In this document: positions 9,164 through 18,120 of the stretch, one piece after another
How positions within the stretch are numbered: the stretch's first letter is position 1
Layout: the number at the start of each line of letters is the position of its first letter
Virus record (IMG/VR): IMGVR_UViG_3300046003_003079
Source: an uncultured virus (IMG/VR IMGVR_UViG_3300046003_003079)
Taxonomy: Duplodnaviria > Heunggongvirae > Uroviricota > Caudoviricetes > Crassvirales
DNA: 20,000 nt
Direction: 5' to 3' (one strand)
The notes under the pieces: generated by a model
What the model was told of the DNA's origin: nothing
The model's database searches: none
The model's input: the letters and a program-made list of their open reading frames with translations, nothing else
Translations under genes and position numbers: made by a program

Positions 9164-9320
9164 GGTATGATTTTTTGATATCTAATAATGCTTTATTCAT
9201 TTTCTTGATAGATAGATCGATATCTTCGATACAGCCATCCATCATTGCTTCATAAAGCTCTGTCTTGATGTCATCCAGCTCGTCTATAGCTGAAGTGACG
9301 TATGGTACGTTTACAATCAT
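9156..9320 (-). CDS. Small acidic hypothetical protein, 54 aa (not in the supplied ORF track)
   Basis: Manual translation MIVNVPYVTSAIDELDDIKTELYEAMMDGCIEDIDLSIKKMNKALLDIKKSYHE*; fills the gap between promoter and phosphoesterase and overlaps the phosphoesterase start by 8 nt. Confidence 0.7.
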   Translation of the reverse strand: MIVNVPYVTSAIDELDDIKTELYEAMMDGCIEDIDLSIKKMNKALLDIKKSYHE

Positions 9321-9326
9321 ATACGG

Positions 9327-9358
9327 CAAATGTATAGATTATAAATGTAAGTGGCAAA
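9327..9358 (-). promoter_or_regulatory. Bacteroidota primary-sigma promoter (-33 TTTG / -7 TAnnTTTG)
   Basis: Minus strand reads TTTG-ccacttacatttataatcta (20 nt)-TACATTTG-ccgtat-ATG, matching the consensus and spacing, in an intergenic gap. Confidence 0.8.
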
Positions 9359-9369
9359 TAAAATTGAAA

Positions 9370-9798
9370 TTAATTCAACACATCATCAAGCATTTGCTCG
9401 AACTTGCTTTTCTTTTTTCGTAAATCTACAGATCGTTGTCTTGTCTTTGGGTCTGTTGCAGCTAATTTATGATCAACAAGTCTATATCCGTTCATAACAA
9501 TTTTACCACCTATATTCTCATACTTGGGTATTGGATAAGCGCACAAGCAAATCCATTCCATAAGTCTTTCAGACACTATATCTTCAGCATAAGCTATAGG
9601 TTCCATTTTCTTGTAGTATGAAGCTGTTGAATGATCAACATGAAGTAGTTTTAATACATGCTTGTTTCTAGCTCCTTTATTGTACATTTCTACAGCTATC
9701 TGGCGCTTCATTTCTGAAACCCAATCAGACACTCTATTTCCGTCGATCAGATCGAAATAGTATTTTATTTCTACTAATGCTTCTACGTCCAATTGCAT
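9370..9798 (-). CDS. Putative HTH DNA-binding protein (DnaA C-terminal-like motif)
   Basis: 142 aa; RQIAVEMY...HVLKLLHVDHSTASYY resembles the DH(S/T)T helix-turn-helix of DnaA domain IV. Confidence 0.55.
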   Translation of the reverse strand: MQLDVEALVEIKYYFDLIDGNRVSDWVSEMKRQIAVEMYNKGARNKHVLKLLHVDHSTASYYKKMEPIAYAEDIVSERLMEWICLCAYPIPKYENIGGKIVMNGYRLVDHKLAATDPKTRQRSVDLRKKKSKFEQMLDDVLN

Positions 9799-10037
9799 TT
9801 TGTTGAGAGTTTAGGGTTATTAATCTTGTATGTCACATTGTATTTAGTCATGTCTTTTCCGCTTCCCTTATACATCCGAGTAACTGATTCCATAAATGAT
9901 TTATGATGGACTTCAAGTTGTTCATTCATCACTACTGGAAATCGTTCGTAATACTTGGATGACGGTAGAAGCCTACTCCCCTTTTTTATGGGAGTAAGCT
10001 TGATAGCTACCTCGGCTATGTAAACTGCATAACTCAT
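9783..10037 (-). CDS. Hypothetical protein
   Basis: 84-aa ORF, overlap-coupled within the - strand operon. Confidence 0.65.
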   Translation of the reverse strand: MSYAVYIAEVAIKLTPIKKGSRLLPSSKYYERFPVVMNEQLEVHHKSFMESVTRMYKGSGKDMTKYNVTYKINNPKLSTKCNWT

Positions 10038-10258
10038 TTGAATTTAACTGGGAATTTGTTTAAGTATTCAGCAACTTTTTCAAGATCTGCTAGTTTAATA
10101 CATTTTCCATTCTCGTCCAATACTCTAATTTGGCTTATAACAATGCCAGTTCCTTTTACGAACTCATACCTTGTAATTTCAAGCGATGTAGGTGTTGGTT
10201 TTTGTAAATCCATAACTTCTATTAACAGTTTAACATTCGGATCATCTAAGACTCCCAT
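10034..10258 (-). CDS. Hypothetical protein
   Basis: 74-aa ORF with ATGA overlap to the next gene. Confidence 0.65.
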   Translation of the reverse strand: MGVLDDPNVKLLIEVMDLQKPTPTSLEITRYEFVKGTGIVISQIRVLDENGKCIKLADLEKVAEYLNKFPVKFK

Positions 10259-10416
10259 TGTATTTTGATTTGATTAGGGCATTCAGATTCTAGTTCAATC
10301 AACTTATCTTTGAGCTTCTGTATATTCCTATCGACTCTTCGTCTTTCAGCTTCCAAATATCGAATGGATTCTTTAGTGTCGCTGATCTCTCGGTTTATTT
10401 GCTCTCTAGTTCGCAT
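10246..10416 (-). CDS. Small coiled-coil protein (start more likely at MRTREQ, 10416, than at 10476)
   Basis: Heptad-like INREISDTKESIRYLEAERRRVDRNIQKLKDKLIELE; the later start cuts the overlap with the upstream ORF from 82 to 22 nt. Confidence 0.55.
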   Translation of the reverse strand: MRTREQINREISDTKESIRYLEAERRRVDRNIQKLKDKLIELESECPNQIKIQWES

Positions 10417-10670
10417 ATGATTGATCGTATTACTTTGAGCCTGTTTGCTCTTCCAGTCACAGTCATGCCGTGACATTTAGCGTCTTCTTTTTCCATTGAG
10501 TTTTTCATCAAAAATGAAATCATCTTTCTCTTTGGATAGTCAAGCTCCTTGAAGTATGTATTAAGACCATATCTCGTGCCTTTGTATCCAAACAATCTAC
10601 ATTTCCATAGAGGTCTGCTCCAATCAGCTTCTGCTTTTCGCATTAACTTTAAAAATTCATCATGTTCCAT
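10395..10670 (-). CDS. Hypothetical basic protein
   Basis: 91-aa ORF overlapping the helicase stop by 11 nt. Confidence 0.55.
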   Translation of the reverse strand: MEHDEFLKLMRKAEADWSRPLWKCRLFGYKGTRYGLNTYFKELDYPKRKMISFLMKNSMEKEDAKCHGMTVTGRANRLKVIRSIICELESK

Positions 10671-12336
10671 AAAGCGGTATATTTAATCTGTTTCTTAATT
10701 CAATTTGTCTCTGAGGCAACTGGTATATCTCATTGGAAATAAAAGTCCCAGAAGCATCAATTTTTGTATTCTTTTCAACATGCTCGATGATATGATACAC
10801 ATCAAGAATACTTTCAGCAATAAACGCCAGTACTCTTTGCTGAGTCATTTCTGGCAGCGTTATTTTCTGATGGTCGGTAAGCCGTCCGTGAGGCAGTTTA
10901 AGTTCTATTCCAAAAAACAGTGATGACTTACTGAAGAATACACTGTTGTCTGGAAGTCCGTTCTTCGAAGCGAAATGGACCCATTGGCCTTTATCTTTTG
11001 GATTTTTATGATCCTTAATAAACGCCTTGCCGCTATTCTGTCTCCACCAGAAATATCCAGTTTTCTTAAGAAAGCTATTTACATCTTCCTGCAGATCAGA
11101 CTCAAGTTTATAAACCTTTCCATCATAGATATCAAGTAAACTTCCAATACGCTTCAAATATATCTGTTTTTCTTCAGATAATACAAGTTTTATTTCATTT
11201 CTTTTTTCATTATCCAGATCTAGGCCCAATTGCCTATCAATCACCTTGGATATTTTCTTCTTGAAAAGCAGCGTCTTACGATCATCTGGAAGTCCGTGTT
11301 CCTCAATGTTTCCAACACAGTCCATAAGAATACAGTCTGGCTTGCCGTTCGCAATTGACTCTTCTAATGACTGGCCTAGCAGTCTAATGCCACGCCCGCA
11401 TTCCTGTACGTACTTTCTCCATGACTTTGTAATGGTAGCAAGCACAACACACATAACTGTTGGATCATCAAATCCAGCGGTAAGAATCTCAATTGATATA
11501 AGTCCTTTCAATTCTCCGTCAGCATATGCCTTTAGAATCTTCAAACGTTTAGCTGGGGACGTGTCTGCTGTTATTATTTCAGTCTGGATTCCCTTTCTAC
11601 CGAACGCATCTTTTAAGTCGCTACAGTGCTTCTTATTGACGGCAAAACATATAAACTTTCTGTTCTCACAGATTTTAATGTAGTTGTCAACAATAGAGTC
11701 ATTTATGTCGTCCTTATTAATTACCTCCGATAATGACTTCTCATCGTAATCAGAATCATTTTGCTTAACCTTGGATACATTCACACTCATGGGGCAGAAT
11801 ACTTTGAAGGGTGTTAACCATCCAAGCTCCATCAGATCTTTCGTCTGGTAGTCATCAATGATTGAATCAAATCCTTCTAAAAGAAATCCACGGTCATCTA
11901 CTGGTGTAGCAGACAGTCCGATAAATATCGCATCTGGAAACTTATCAAACAGTGATTGAATCAGGTTTGACTCGTATGCATAATGGACCTCATCGACTAT
12001 AATTATTTTTGGTGGACGTATTTCAGTATTGATTAATGTCTGGATGGTTGCAACTGTAAGTAGTGATTCTTCCTTAAAGTCTGTACTGTTTCCTTGAAGA
12101 TAGTTTGGATTAAGCGATTCAAACTTCTTTGCCGACTGCTCGGCAAGAACTATCCTATGGCTCGTAAATAAGACACCATTTCCTTTTGCAAGGGCGCTTC
12201 TAATGATGTCAAATGATAGGATTGTCTTGCCGAATGAAGTCGGTGCAAAAACCAATATCTTCTTGCTTCCTTGACTGATTGCTGTCTTGATTTTATCTCT
12301 GACAACAATCTGCGGTGGTCGTAGTTGGTAGGACAT
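10660..12336 (-). CDS. SF2 (DExH) helicase fused to a C-terminal VRR-NUC-like PD-(D/E)xK nuclease
   Basis: LRPPQ, APTSFGKT, DEVH, SAT, ILTAGFDDP, QECGRGIR; C-terminus ESDLQ...NGLPDN...FFGIELKLPHGRLTDHQ. Confidence 0.88.
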   Translation of the reverse strand: MSYQLRPPQIVVRDKIKTAISQGSKKILVFAPTSFGKTILSFDIIRSALAKGNGVLFTSHRIVLAEQSAKKFESLNPNYLQGNSTDFKEESLLTVATIQTLINTEIRPPKIIIVDEVHYAYESNLIQSLFDKFPDAIFIGLSATPVDDRGFLLEGFDSIIDDYQTKDLMELGWLTPFKVFCPMSVNVSKVKQNDSDYDEKSLSEVINKDDINDSIVDNYIKICENRKFICFAVNKKHCSDLKDAFGRKGIQTEIITADTSPAKRLKILKAYADGELKGLISIEILTAGFDDPTVMCVVLATITKSWRKYVQECGRGIRLLGQSLEESIANGKPDCILMDCVGNIEEHGLPDDRKTLLFKKKISKVIDRQLGLDLDNEKRNEIKLVLSEEKQIYLKRIGSLLDIYDGKVYKLESDLQEDVNSFLKKTGYFWWRQNSGKAFIKDHKNPKDKGQWVHFASKNGLPDNSVFFSKSSLFFGIELKLPHGRLTDHQKITLPEMTQQRVLAFIAESILDVYHIIEHVEKNTKIDASGTFISNEIYQLPQRQIELRNRLNIPLYGT

Positions 12337-12337
12337 A

Positions 12338-13243
12338 TTACTCTACGTTTTCGCTGTCGTTAAATACACGATCAATGATTTCGTTTAAGTATTCCCTGCT
12401 CAATTCAAATGAAGGTGTCTTTTCCATCTTATCTCTCAGTATTTTTATGAGCATTGAGAAATAAGCGATATCAACTCCGATCAATTGCTCTTCAAGAACA
12501 TCTGGATCTTTTAAATTAAGTTCTGATATCTGAAACATAATCTTCAAGTACTCTCCAGCTCCAATCTTCCACCCTCTATTGATGAATTTCTTTGATCGAA
12601 TGATTGATGTAAGTGGGTACAAAGATCCTTGATACTTAAGTTGCTTTGTGAGTAACGACTCCAATGCCTCCTTGTTTGTTACAAGTCCATCTTTGAAGGT
12701 GAAATAATTTGTAGCATGAATGAAGTCAAATGTTTTATGAATCTGTTCATTGTCACCGTGGAATCTACAAACTATTTGCAAGTCGTCAGTAAGGCTTATT
12801 GCGTTTGGAGAGAAGAATGCTGGAGCATATTTTTTTGTTACTCCTTCAGTTGTATTTTCAATTGCTGGGACCTTGAATCCTTCGTTCACATTGATCTTGA
12901 TTTGATCATATTTAACTGTTCGAAGAGCTACTATTCTTTGGCATTTGTTATTTAGCGATACGTCTCCAAACTCATTGGCAATCATTGCTGCAGTTTTTCT
13001 TCCATCAAGCACTTCCAGATTGAATGGACTTGTGTAGTAAATAACTAATTTCTTGAGTACATCCATTGACTTGATGTACACATCAAAGTCATTTACTGGT
13101 TCGTTCAGCATCATTGATGCGATTGATCCTCCAGATACAAGTAAGTTATCCTTAACTTCTTTTCTTAATGATTCATCAGTTATTGTTGATAACCAATCAT
13201 TCATTTTGTGTTCTAATACTGATTTAATTGTTTTTAGTTGCAT
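12338..13243 (-). CDS. Pol-beta-superfamily nucleotidyltransferase (CCA/poly(A) polymerase head-like)
   Basis: LVSGGSIAS...VNDFDVY signature; FDFIH echoes the RDF motif; RSKKFINRGW. Confidence 0.75.
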   Translation of the reverse strand: MQLKTIKSVLEHKMNDWLSTITDESLRKEVKDNLLVSGGSIASMMLNEPVNDFDVYIKSMDVLKKLVIYYTSPFNLEVLDGRKTAAMIANEFGDVSLNNKCQRIVALRTVKYDQIKINVNEGFKVPAIENTTEGVTKKYAPAFFSPNAISLTDDLQIVCRFHGDNEQIHKTFDFIHATNYFTFKDGLVTNKEALESLLTKQLKYQGSLYPLTSIIRSKKFINRGWKIGAGEYLKIMFQISELNLKDPDVLEEQLIGVDIAYFSMLIKILRDKMEKTPSFELSREYLNEIIDRVFNDSENVE

Positions 13244-13245
13244 GT

Positions 13246-13422
13246 TTAATATTTTTGTTGTTTAATTACTGATATAGTTTGATTGATAGTTCTTTCCTTT
13301 ACTTCTCGTGCAAATTCAACAAGAAAATTATCTAGAAATTGCCCTCCATGATCGCGTTTAACCCTTTGTCTTGGATCCATACCTCTCTTTTCAAGGTATT
13401 TAATTACAGCTTCTTTTGTCAT
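13246..13422 (-). CDS. Hypothetical protein, 58 aa (not in the supplied ORF track)
   Basis: Manual translation MTKEAVIKYLEKRGMDPRQRVKRDHGGQFLDNFLVEFAREVKERTINQTISVIKQQKY*; ATGA overlap upstream; stop lies 2 nt before the next ATG. Confidence 0.7.
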   Translation of the reverse strand: MTKEAVIKYLEKRGMDPRQRVKRDHGGQFLDNFLVEFAREVKERTINQTISVIKQQKY

Positions 13423-13775
13423 GATTTAAATTTTTGGTTGTAGTATTGTTCAAACGATTCGTGCTTAAATCCAATCATATGATAAGTTAATCTTGATTCA
13501 TTGAAAGCGTCTTCAGTATTTTGCTTTTCCATTTCTTTGGCTTGTTTGATTAATGGTATCAACTTATCACTATTGGATATTTGAAACCTTATTTGTTCTT
13601 CAAGCCATTCTACTGCTGTTTTCATAGTTATACATTTATGGTTTTCCCAATCCCATTTTATAAAAGTGTCACCAATTATTTGTTGAATGGATGGTAAATC
13701 ACTTTGGTCTTTATAAATTGCATGAATTATTCCATTGCATTTAGGACATTTTGGATTTGCTCTTATTACTGCCAT
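13419..13775 (-). CDS. Hypothetical protein with N-terminal CPKC and a C-terminal KTAVEWL...QAKEMEK module
   Basis: 118-aa ORF within the operon. Confidence 0.7.
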   Translation of the reverse strand: MAVIRANPKCPKCNGIIHAIYKDQSDLPSIQQIIGDTFIKWDWENHKCITMKTAVEWLEEQIRFQISNSDKLIPLIKQAKEMEKQNTEDAFNESRLTYHMIGFKHESFEQYYNQKFKS

Positions 13776-13779
13776 ATCT

Positions 13780-13974
13780 CTACTGATTTTTAAGTATTTC
13801 TTCTAGTCTTTCAAGTCTTAATTTTAATGCTTGATTTTCTTGTTCTTGTTTTTTAATTCTTGAATTATAATTCACACAACGATTACATCGTAACTGTGGA
13901 AACGGAAATGAATATCCTGTACGAACTGTTTTACCACCACATTTAGGGCATTTTGGATTGCTAAATAGTCCCAT
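13780..13974 (-). CDS. Small zinc-ribbon protein with coiled-coil tail
   Basis: CPKC...CNRC, then QENQALKLRLERLEEIL. Confidence 0.7.
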   Translation of the reverse strand: MGLFSNPKCPKCGGKTVRTGYSFPFPQLRCNRCVNYNSRIKKQEQENQALKLRLERLEEILKNQ

Positions 13975-13975
13975 A

Positions 13976-16339
13976 TTAAAATAATTTAGTTTGTTTTTCT
14001 TTACTCGTGAATCTTATCATCTTACCATTCGATCCTCGACGGTCCACATACGGCTCTCCGTACTTGAATATCGCGTACTTATTAAGCCAGTCATAGAACG
14101 TTCGATGAGGTAACTTATACTTACCAAACTGACCGAAATCTGGATAGTTAGTAGTGAATTCATTCATCACATCTTGACCAATTAAATCACAGTTCGGTAG
14201 CAAGAACGGACGAGCATCATTACTCGTAACCCACTCTCTAAACTCGTATGATGTGGATGATTCAAGCTTTCTTAACTCTAAATTTTTAAACTCAGCCTCA
14301 ATAAATCCTTTAGTCAAATATGTCTGAAGGCAGTAAAGCATGTAATTGTCGAACTTAAGATACTCCTCATCTGTCCAGTCATTGAATAGCGTATGTCCGA
14401 ACTCCTTAAATGGCGTGAAGTCCTTATTGTAGTACTGAGCGAATTCCAGTTCCCATTTACGTCTTTCGAATGAATTTCCTTCACCCTTAACAGCATAATT
14501 GGTAGAGATAATCATCTTTGGCGAGTCCTCGAACTCAATGTATATCTCCTGCTGGTTTTTCTTTTCTACAGTGATACCGTCAGTACTGATTGAAAACAGT
14601 TTTTCAAGATTGAATGTCTTCTCAATATCTTGGAATGTTAATACCTGAGTGTCTGTGTTTACCCTCTGGTAGTTAAAATTCTTTGATGCCGTGAATGACT
14701 TCCCATCAATCGTTACGTTGTTCTTCATCTTACTGATGGCATGTATAAAGATCCCCTTACCTGTACCGCCTTCTGGCTTTGATGATATCGACTCGTCATT
14801 AAGTATGACTATCGGACAGTAATCAGCTGGTTTATATGAGTGAAGTAGGAATCCAATGGTTGACTCCATCGATTTCATTCTAACGTCATCATTTCCAGAT
14901 ACATTTCGAATAAACTGTCGGAATTCACAGTCATGAAATTCTACTACCTTGAAGTCTCGATTGATGATCTGCTTGGACCAAACATTGCCTTCAAGATTAT
15001 TGTAGGCTATCGGCTCAATTTTGTCCTTATATACACGTATCGCACAGTTATTGTAGTAGATATTCGCGCTGTCAATCCTGTCTTTAAGTATTACTGGATT
15101 AGCATTCTCCAAGAAGCCAAGGAATCTTTCCTCGCCCATCTTGGTCTTCTCTGCATACGCATCATCGATTGATCGGTCCTCAATGTCGTTCAGATATCCG
15201 AATACGAAATCTCGTATCTGATTATCTGATACTGGAGTCATGATGTTGTCAATGATTCTTACAAATATAAACCTCTCATTGCTCCCATGGTAGTATTTGT
15301 AAAATCCGTTATCCGTTAAGAAATCTCTGTATTTGTGATTGATGAACTTTACGATTCCCTTGTCGGTCTTAAACCAGAAGTCATCTCCAACGATAACTGT
15401 ATCGCGAATCTGTCGAATGATTTCATCCGTAACTGTTGGATGCATCAGTTTTATTTCATCAACTGGGACCGATCTTACAATCATCTCAGCAACACTGCTT
15501 ACCTTCTCGTTATCCTCAAATTGTTTCGTTCCGAACTTTTCAACTGATGCATATGCTGAGTCAACTGTCTGTTTGATCTCTTCTTCTGGAAAATCATGCG
15601 CCTCATACTCCATGCATGCATTAAGAGCATCCGCTTTTTGGATGCCGTAATCATTGAATGATGCAGCGAGTACAAACAGGTTGTGATTCCTGCTTCCAGA
15701 CACCATGCCGAAGTCTTTCTGCCACCAAGTTTTCAGTATTTTGATTGCCTTATCCTCGTCCTCAATTGGGAACATGGTTTTAACTTTATCTTTTACTGGC
15801 TCGATGTACTGCTCGGTCCAAGTACTTGCTACTGGATTGATGAATACATTCGGATCATATGATTCATATGTGATTCTAGATATATTCGAGCATGACTTAT
15901 CAAAGTTTGGACTGTTGTAATATTTTTCTATTGCCTTGAAATACTTCTTGTATTCCTCCTTGGTACACATCGGAATCTTGACTAAAATTTTAAGTCCATT
16001 TCCGCTTGGAGATAGGAATAAATAACTGGTGTAGTCATCCATTTCTAACTCAAATCTCTTTATGTCTAACTTCTCATCTGACTCGAAATCATCAAAGTCT
16101 ATTGACATATATCCGCTTGATTCGGTAAGTGCGTCATCCTCTCTGGACGAAAACTTTCCACCGAAACATACTGCGGGTAATTTCTTTTTGATTTTGTTTC
16201 TTTCTTCTTTATTGGAGCTAAGTCTTATGCTCTCACATATTGCCTTAGACTCCCCATTTTTAATTCGTTCAATGGCACTTTCTACTGATATGTAATATGG
16301 TTTCTGTGTGTCATTTAATGTTTTAAATATAGTGATCAT
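13976..16339 (-). CDS. Primase-helicase: BT4734/VirE_N-like primase, PriCT-like domain and P-loop helicase
   Basis: KKKLPAVCFGG, SIDFDD, SPSGNGLK; GSRNHNLFVLA; Walker A GGTGKG, Walker B LTFQD, ISTNY, SFERR. Confidence 0.85.
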   Translation of the reverse strand: MITIFKTLNDTQKPYYISVESAIERIKNGESKAICESIRLSSNKEERNKIKKKLPAVCFGGKFSSREDDALTESSGYMSIDFDDFESDEKLDIKRFELEMDDYTSYLFLSPSGNGLKILVKIPMCTKEEYKKYFKAIEKYYNSPNFDKSCSNISRITYESYDPNVFINPVASTWTEQYIEPVKDKVKTMFPIEDEDKAIKILKTWWQKDFGMVSGSRNHNLFVLAASFNDYGIQKADALNACMEYEAHDFPEEEIKQTVDSAYASVEKFGTKQFEDNEKVSSVAEMIVRSVPVDEIKLMHPTVTDEIIRQIRDTVIVGDDFWFKTDKGIVKFINHKYRDFLTDNGFYKYYHGSNERFIFVRIIDNIMTPVSDNQIRDFVFGYLNDIEDRSIDDAYAEKTKMGEERFLGFLENANPVILKDRIDSANIYYNNCAIRVYKDKIEPIAYNNLEGNVWSKQIINRDFKVVEFHDCEFRQFIRNVSGNDDVRMKSMESTIGFLLHSYKPADYCPIVILNDESISSKPEGGTGKGIFIHAISKMKNNVTIDGKSFTASKNFNYQRVNTDTQVLTFQDIEKTFNLEKLFSISTDGITVEKKNQQEIYIEFEDSPKMIISTNYAVKGEGNSFERRKWELEFAQYYNKDFTPFKEFGHTLFNDWTDEEYLKFDNYMLYCLQTYLTKGFIEAEFKNLELRKLESSTSYEFREWVTSNDARPFLLPNCDLIGQDVMNEFTTNYPDFGQFGKYKLPHRTFYDWLNKYAIFKYGEPYVDRRGSNGKMIRFTSKEKQTKLF

Positions 16340-16351
16340 ATGGCTTGTGAT

Positions 16352-16379
16352 AAATAAGGGCAGACTGAATGCCTGCCCT
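16352..16379 (-). terminator. Hairpin / weak intrinsic terminator or processing site after the SSB gene
   Basis: mRNA sense AGGGCAGGC-AUUCA-GUCUGCCCU (9 bp, one G-U) followed by UAUUU. Confidence 0.6.
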
Positions 16380-16403
16380 ATGTATTAGTTAACTTGCTGG
16401 TAA

Positions 16404-16763
16404 TTAAAACGGAAGCGGCTCTCCGTCTTCGTTTGTAACCACAGATGGAGCCGATGCGCTATTTGCTTGTGATCCTACTCCACCAATTACTTCAACTCTC
16501 CATCCGTCAAGTGTATTGAAGTACTTCTCTTCTCCTTGAGGTGATACCCATAATCTTCCTCGGAGATTCCATGATACTTCAACTTCTTGCCCTTCCATGA
16601 TACCATCTAAGTGAGATGTTTTATCTTTGGCGAATTCGAACGAAATATCTTGTGGATACATACTTGATGCGTCAGTAATTACCAATTCTCTCTTAGAAAA
16701 TTTCTCAGACACTTGGATAGTTTCTCCAACTTTCTTTACTACTCCTGTTAATTTAAAACTCAT
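16404..16763 (-). CDS. DUF3127-family single-stranded DNA-binding protein
   Basis: FSKRELVI...YPQDISFEF...VEVSWNLRGRLW...YFNTLDGWR; flexible linker and acidic tail ending EDGEPLPF. Confidence 0.85.
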   Translation of the reverse strand: MSFKLTGVVKKVGETIQVSEKFSKRELVITDASSMYPQDISFEFAKDKTSHLDGIMEGQEVEVSWNLRGRLWVSPQGEEKYFNTLDGWRVEVIGGVGSQANSASAPSVVTNEDGEPLPF

Positions 16764-17308
16764 TTGATTTGATTTTTATTGTTTATATTAGTTATTCTTT
16801 TTGATATAGCTGCGATACTCAATCCGAATTCAAGACTGATTGATTTTAGCGTTTCTCCATTATTAAATCTAATGAATGCGTCTAATTCTTGTGCGTCAGT
16901 TATTTTTGAATTATGATGTTTCTCACCGCTATTTAATTTTATTAAGTTGTTCTTATAAGCATGAATTATGTTTTCTCTATTGGATGCCCATTCTAAATTT
17001 AGAAAGTTATTATCTAGCTTTATACCGTTTTTATGGTTTACTTGATCTTTATTTTCTGGATTCGGTACAAATGCTTTAGCGACAAGTCTATGTACGCCAG
17101 TATTGTATCCAGAACCATTTTTACGAAGACATACTTGACGATATCCTTTTTTAGATACTTGAAGTTTGAGAGTTCTGCCTACTTGTATCCTGCATCTACT
17201 ATCTTTCATTTTAACATCATGATCTAAGGATTTAACAATGCCATTGCTAGAAACCATATAAATTCCTTCATAACCAACAACATCTCTCCATTCTTCATGC
17301 TCAATCAT
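16760..17308 (-). CDS. NUMOD4-HNH homing endonuclease with C-terminal HTH (free-standing mobile gene)
   Basis: EEWRDVVGYEGIYMVSSNG (NUMOD4); VHRLVAKAFVPN...VNHKNGIKLDN...NLEW (HNH); visibly AT-richer than its neighbours. Confidence 0.92.
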   Translation of the reverse strand: MIEHEEWRDVVGYEGIYMVSSNGIVKSLDHDVKMKDSRCRIQVGRTLKLQVSKKGYRQVCLRKNGSGYNTGVHRLVAKAFVPNPENKDQVNHKNGIKLDNNFLNLEWASNRENIIHAYKNNLIKLNSGEKHHNSKITDAQELDAFIRFNNGETLKSISLEFGLSIAAISKRITNINNKNQIK

Positions 17309-17310
17309 AA

Positions 17311-18120
17311 CTACTTATTTTTGGCAATTAATTTATTATAATATTCCTCTGCATATTTAAGCGCTGCAGTGGTTCTGCGCTCTATTTTCGCGATGTCGTC
17401 ATCCGTCAGTGTGTACTCGGCAAATGTAATCCTTAATTTCGGATCCAAGTCATCCATGTAGTGTAGCGAATCATCCTCCCAGTCTGGAACAAGTCCTTCT
17501 GGTGTGGATACCAACACATACACAAGTTTGAATGTACGCCAGTCAGTCGTACCTGACTGCTTGTTTTTAAGATACAGATACATTTTACCCTGCCATTCGT
17601 AAGTTGAGTTAGATATCTTCTCAGGAAGCTTAGGAAATGTATCTTTATTCCATGAGCACTTGATGTCAATAATCTGCTTCTCAACTTCATCCTCGATGTC
17701 TGGATGACCTCCGTGCGGACCGTGCAAAAGTTCTGACTCAGACTTTACAAAGTCACGCATCCATAATGAATTCAAGATTTCAATCCCTTCATCCTCTACA
17801 GTAGTACCTTTCTCCATTTCTTTATTGGACAGTGTAGTCTTGTAGTTATAAACGATTCGATCAACTAATCCCTCAACATATGTTTTGGCTCCAGCTCCTA
17901 GTTCAATCAGTCCAGCATCAACTGATGTTTGGATTTTTTGAAGTCGATTCATTTCTTCCTTCATGTTGTCAGTCAGATCTTTAGCCTTGTCCTCTCCATT
18001 CTTGAATGCCTTTAGTCTTGCAATGTGCCCGTCAAGTGTTGCTTTCTGTGCTGCTGTTAGCCCGTCATCTCCTAGAAATAACGGTGCTGATGATGAGGCT
18101 CTAAACTTTAGGTTTAACAT
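17311..18120 (-). CDS. YqaJ/lambda-exonuclease-like PD-(D/E)xK nuclease
   Basis: FRASS, MEKGTTVE, GHPD...IIDIKCSW, YEWQGKMY. Confidence 0.8.
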   Translation of the reverse strand: MLNLKFRASSSAPLFLGDDGLTAAQKATLDGHIARLKAFKNGEDKAKDLTDNMKEEMNRLQKIQTSVDAGLIELGAGAKTYVEGLVDRIVYNYKTTLSNKEMEKGTTVEDEGIEILNSLWMRDFVKSESELLHGPHGGHPDIEDEVEKQIIDIKCSWNKDTFPKLPEKISNSTYEWQGKMYLYLKNKQSGTTDWRTFKLVYVLVSTPEGLVPDWEDDSLHYMDDLDPKLRITFAEYTLTDDDIAKIERRTTAALKYAEEYYNKLIAKNK

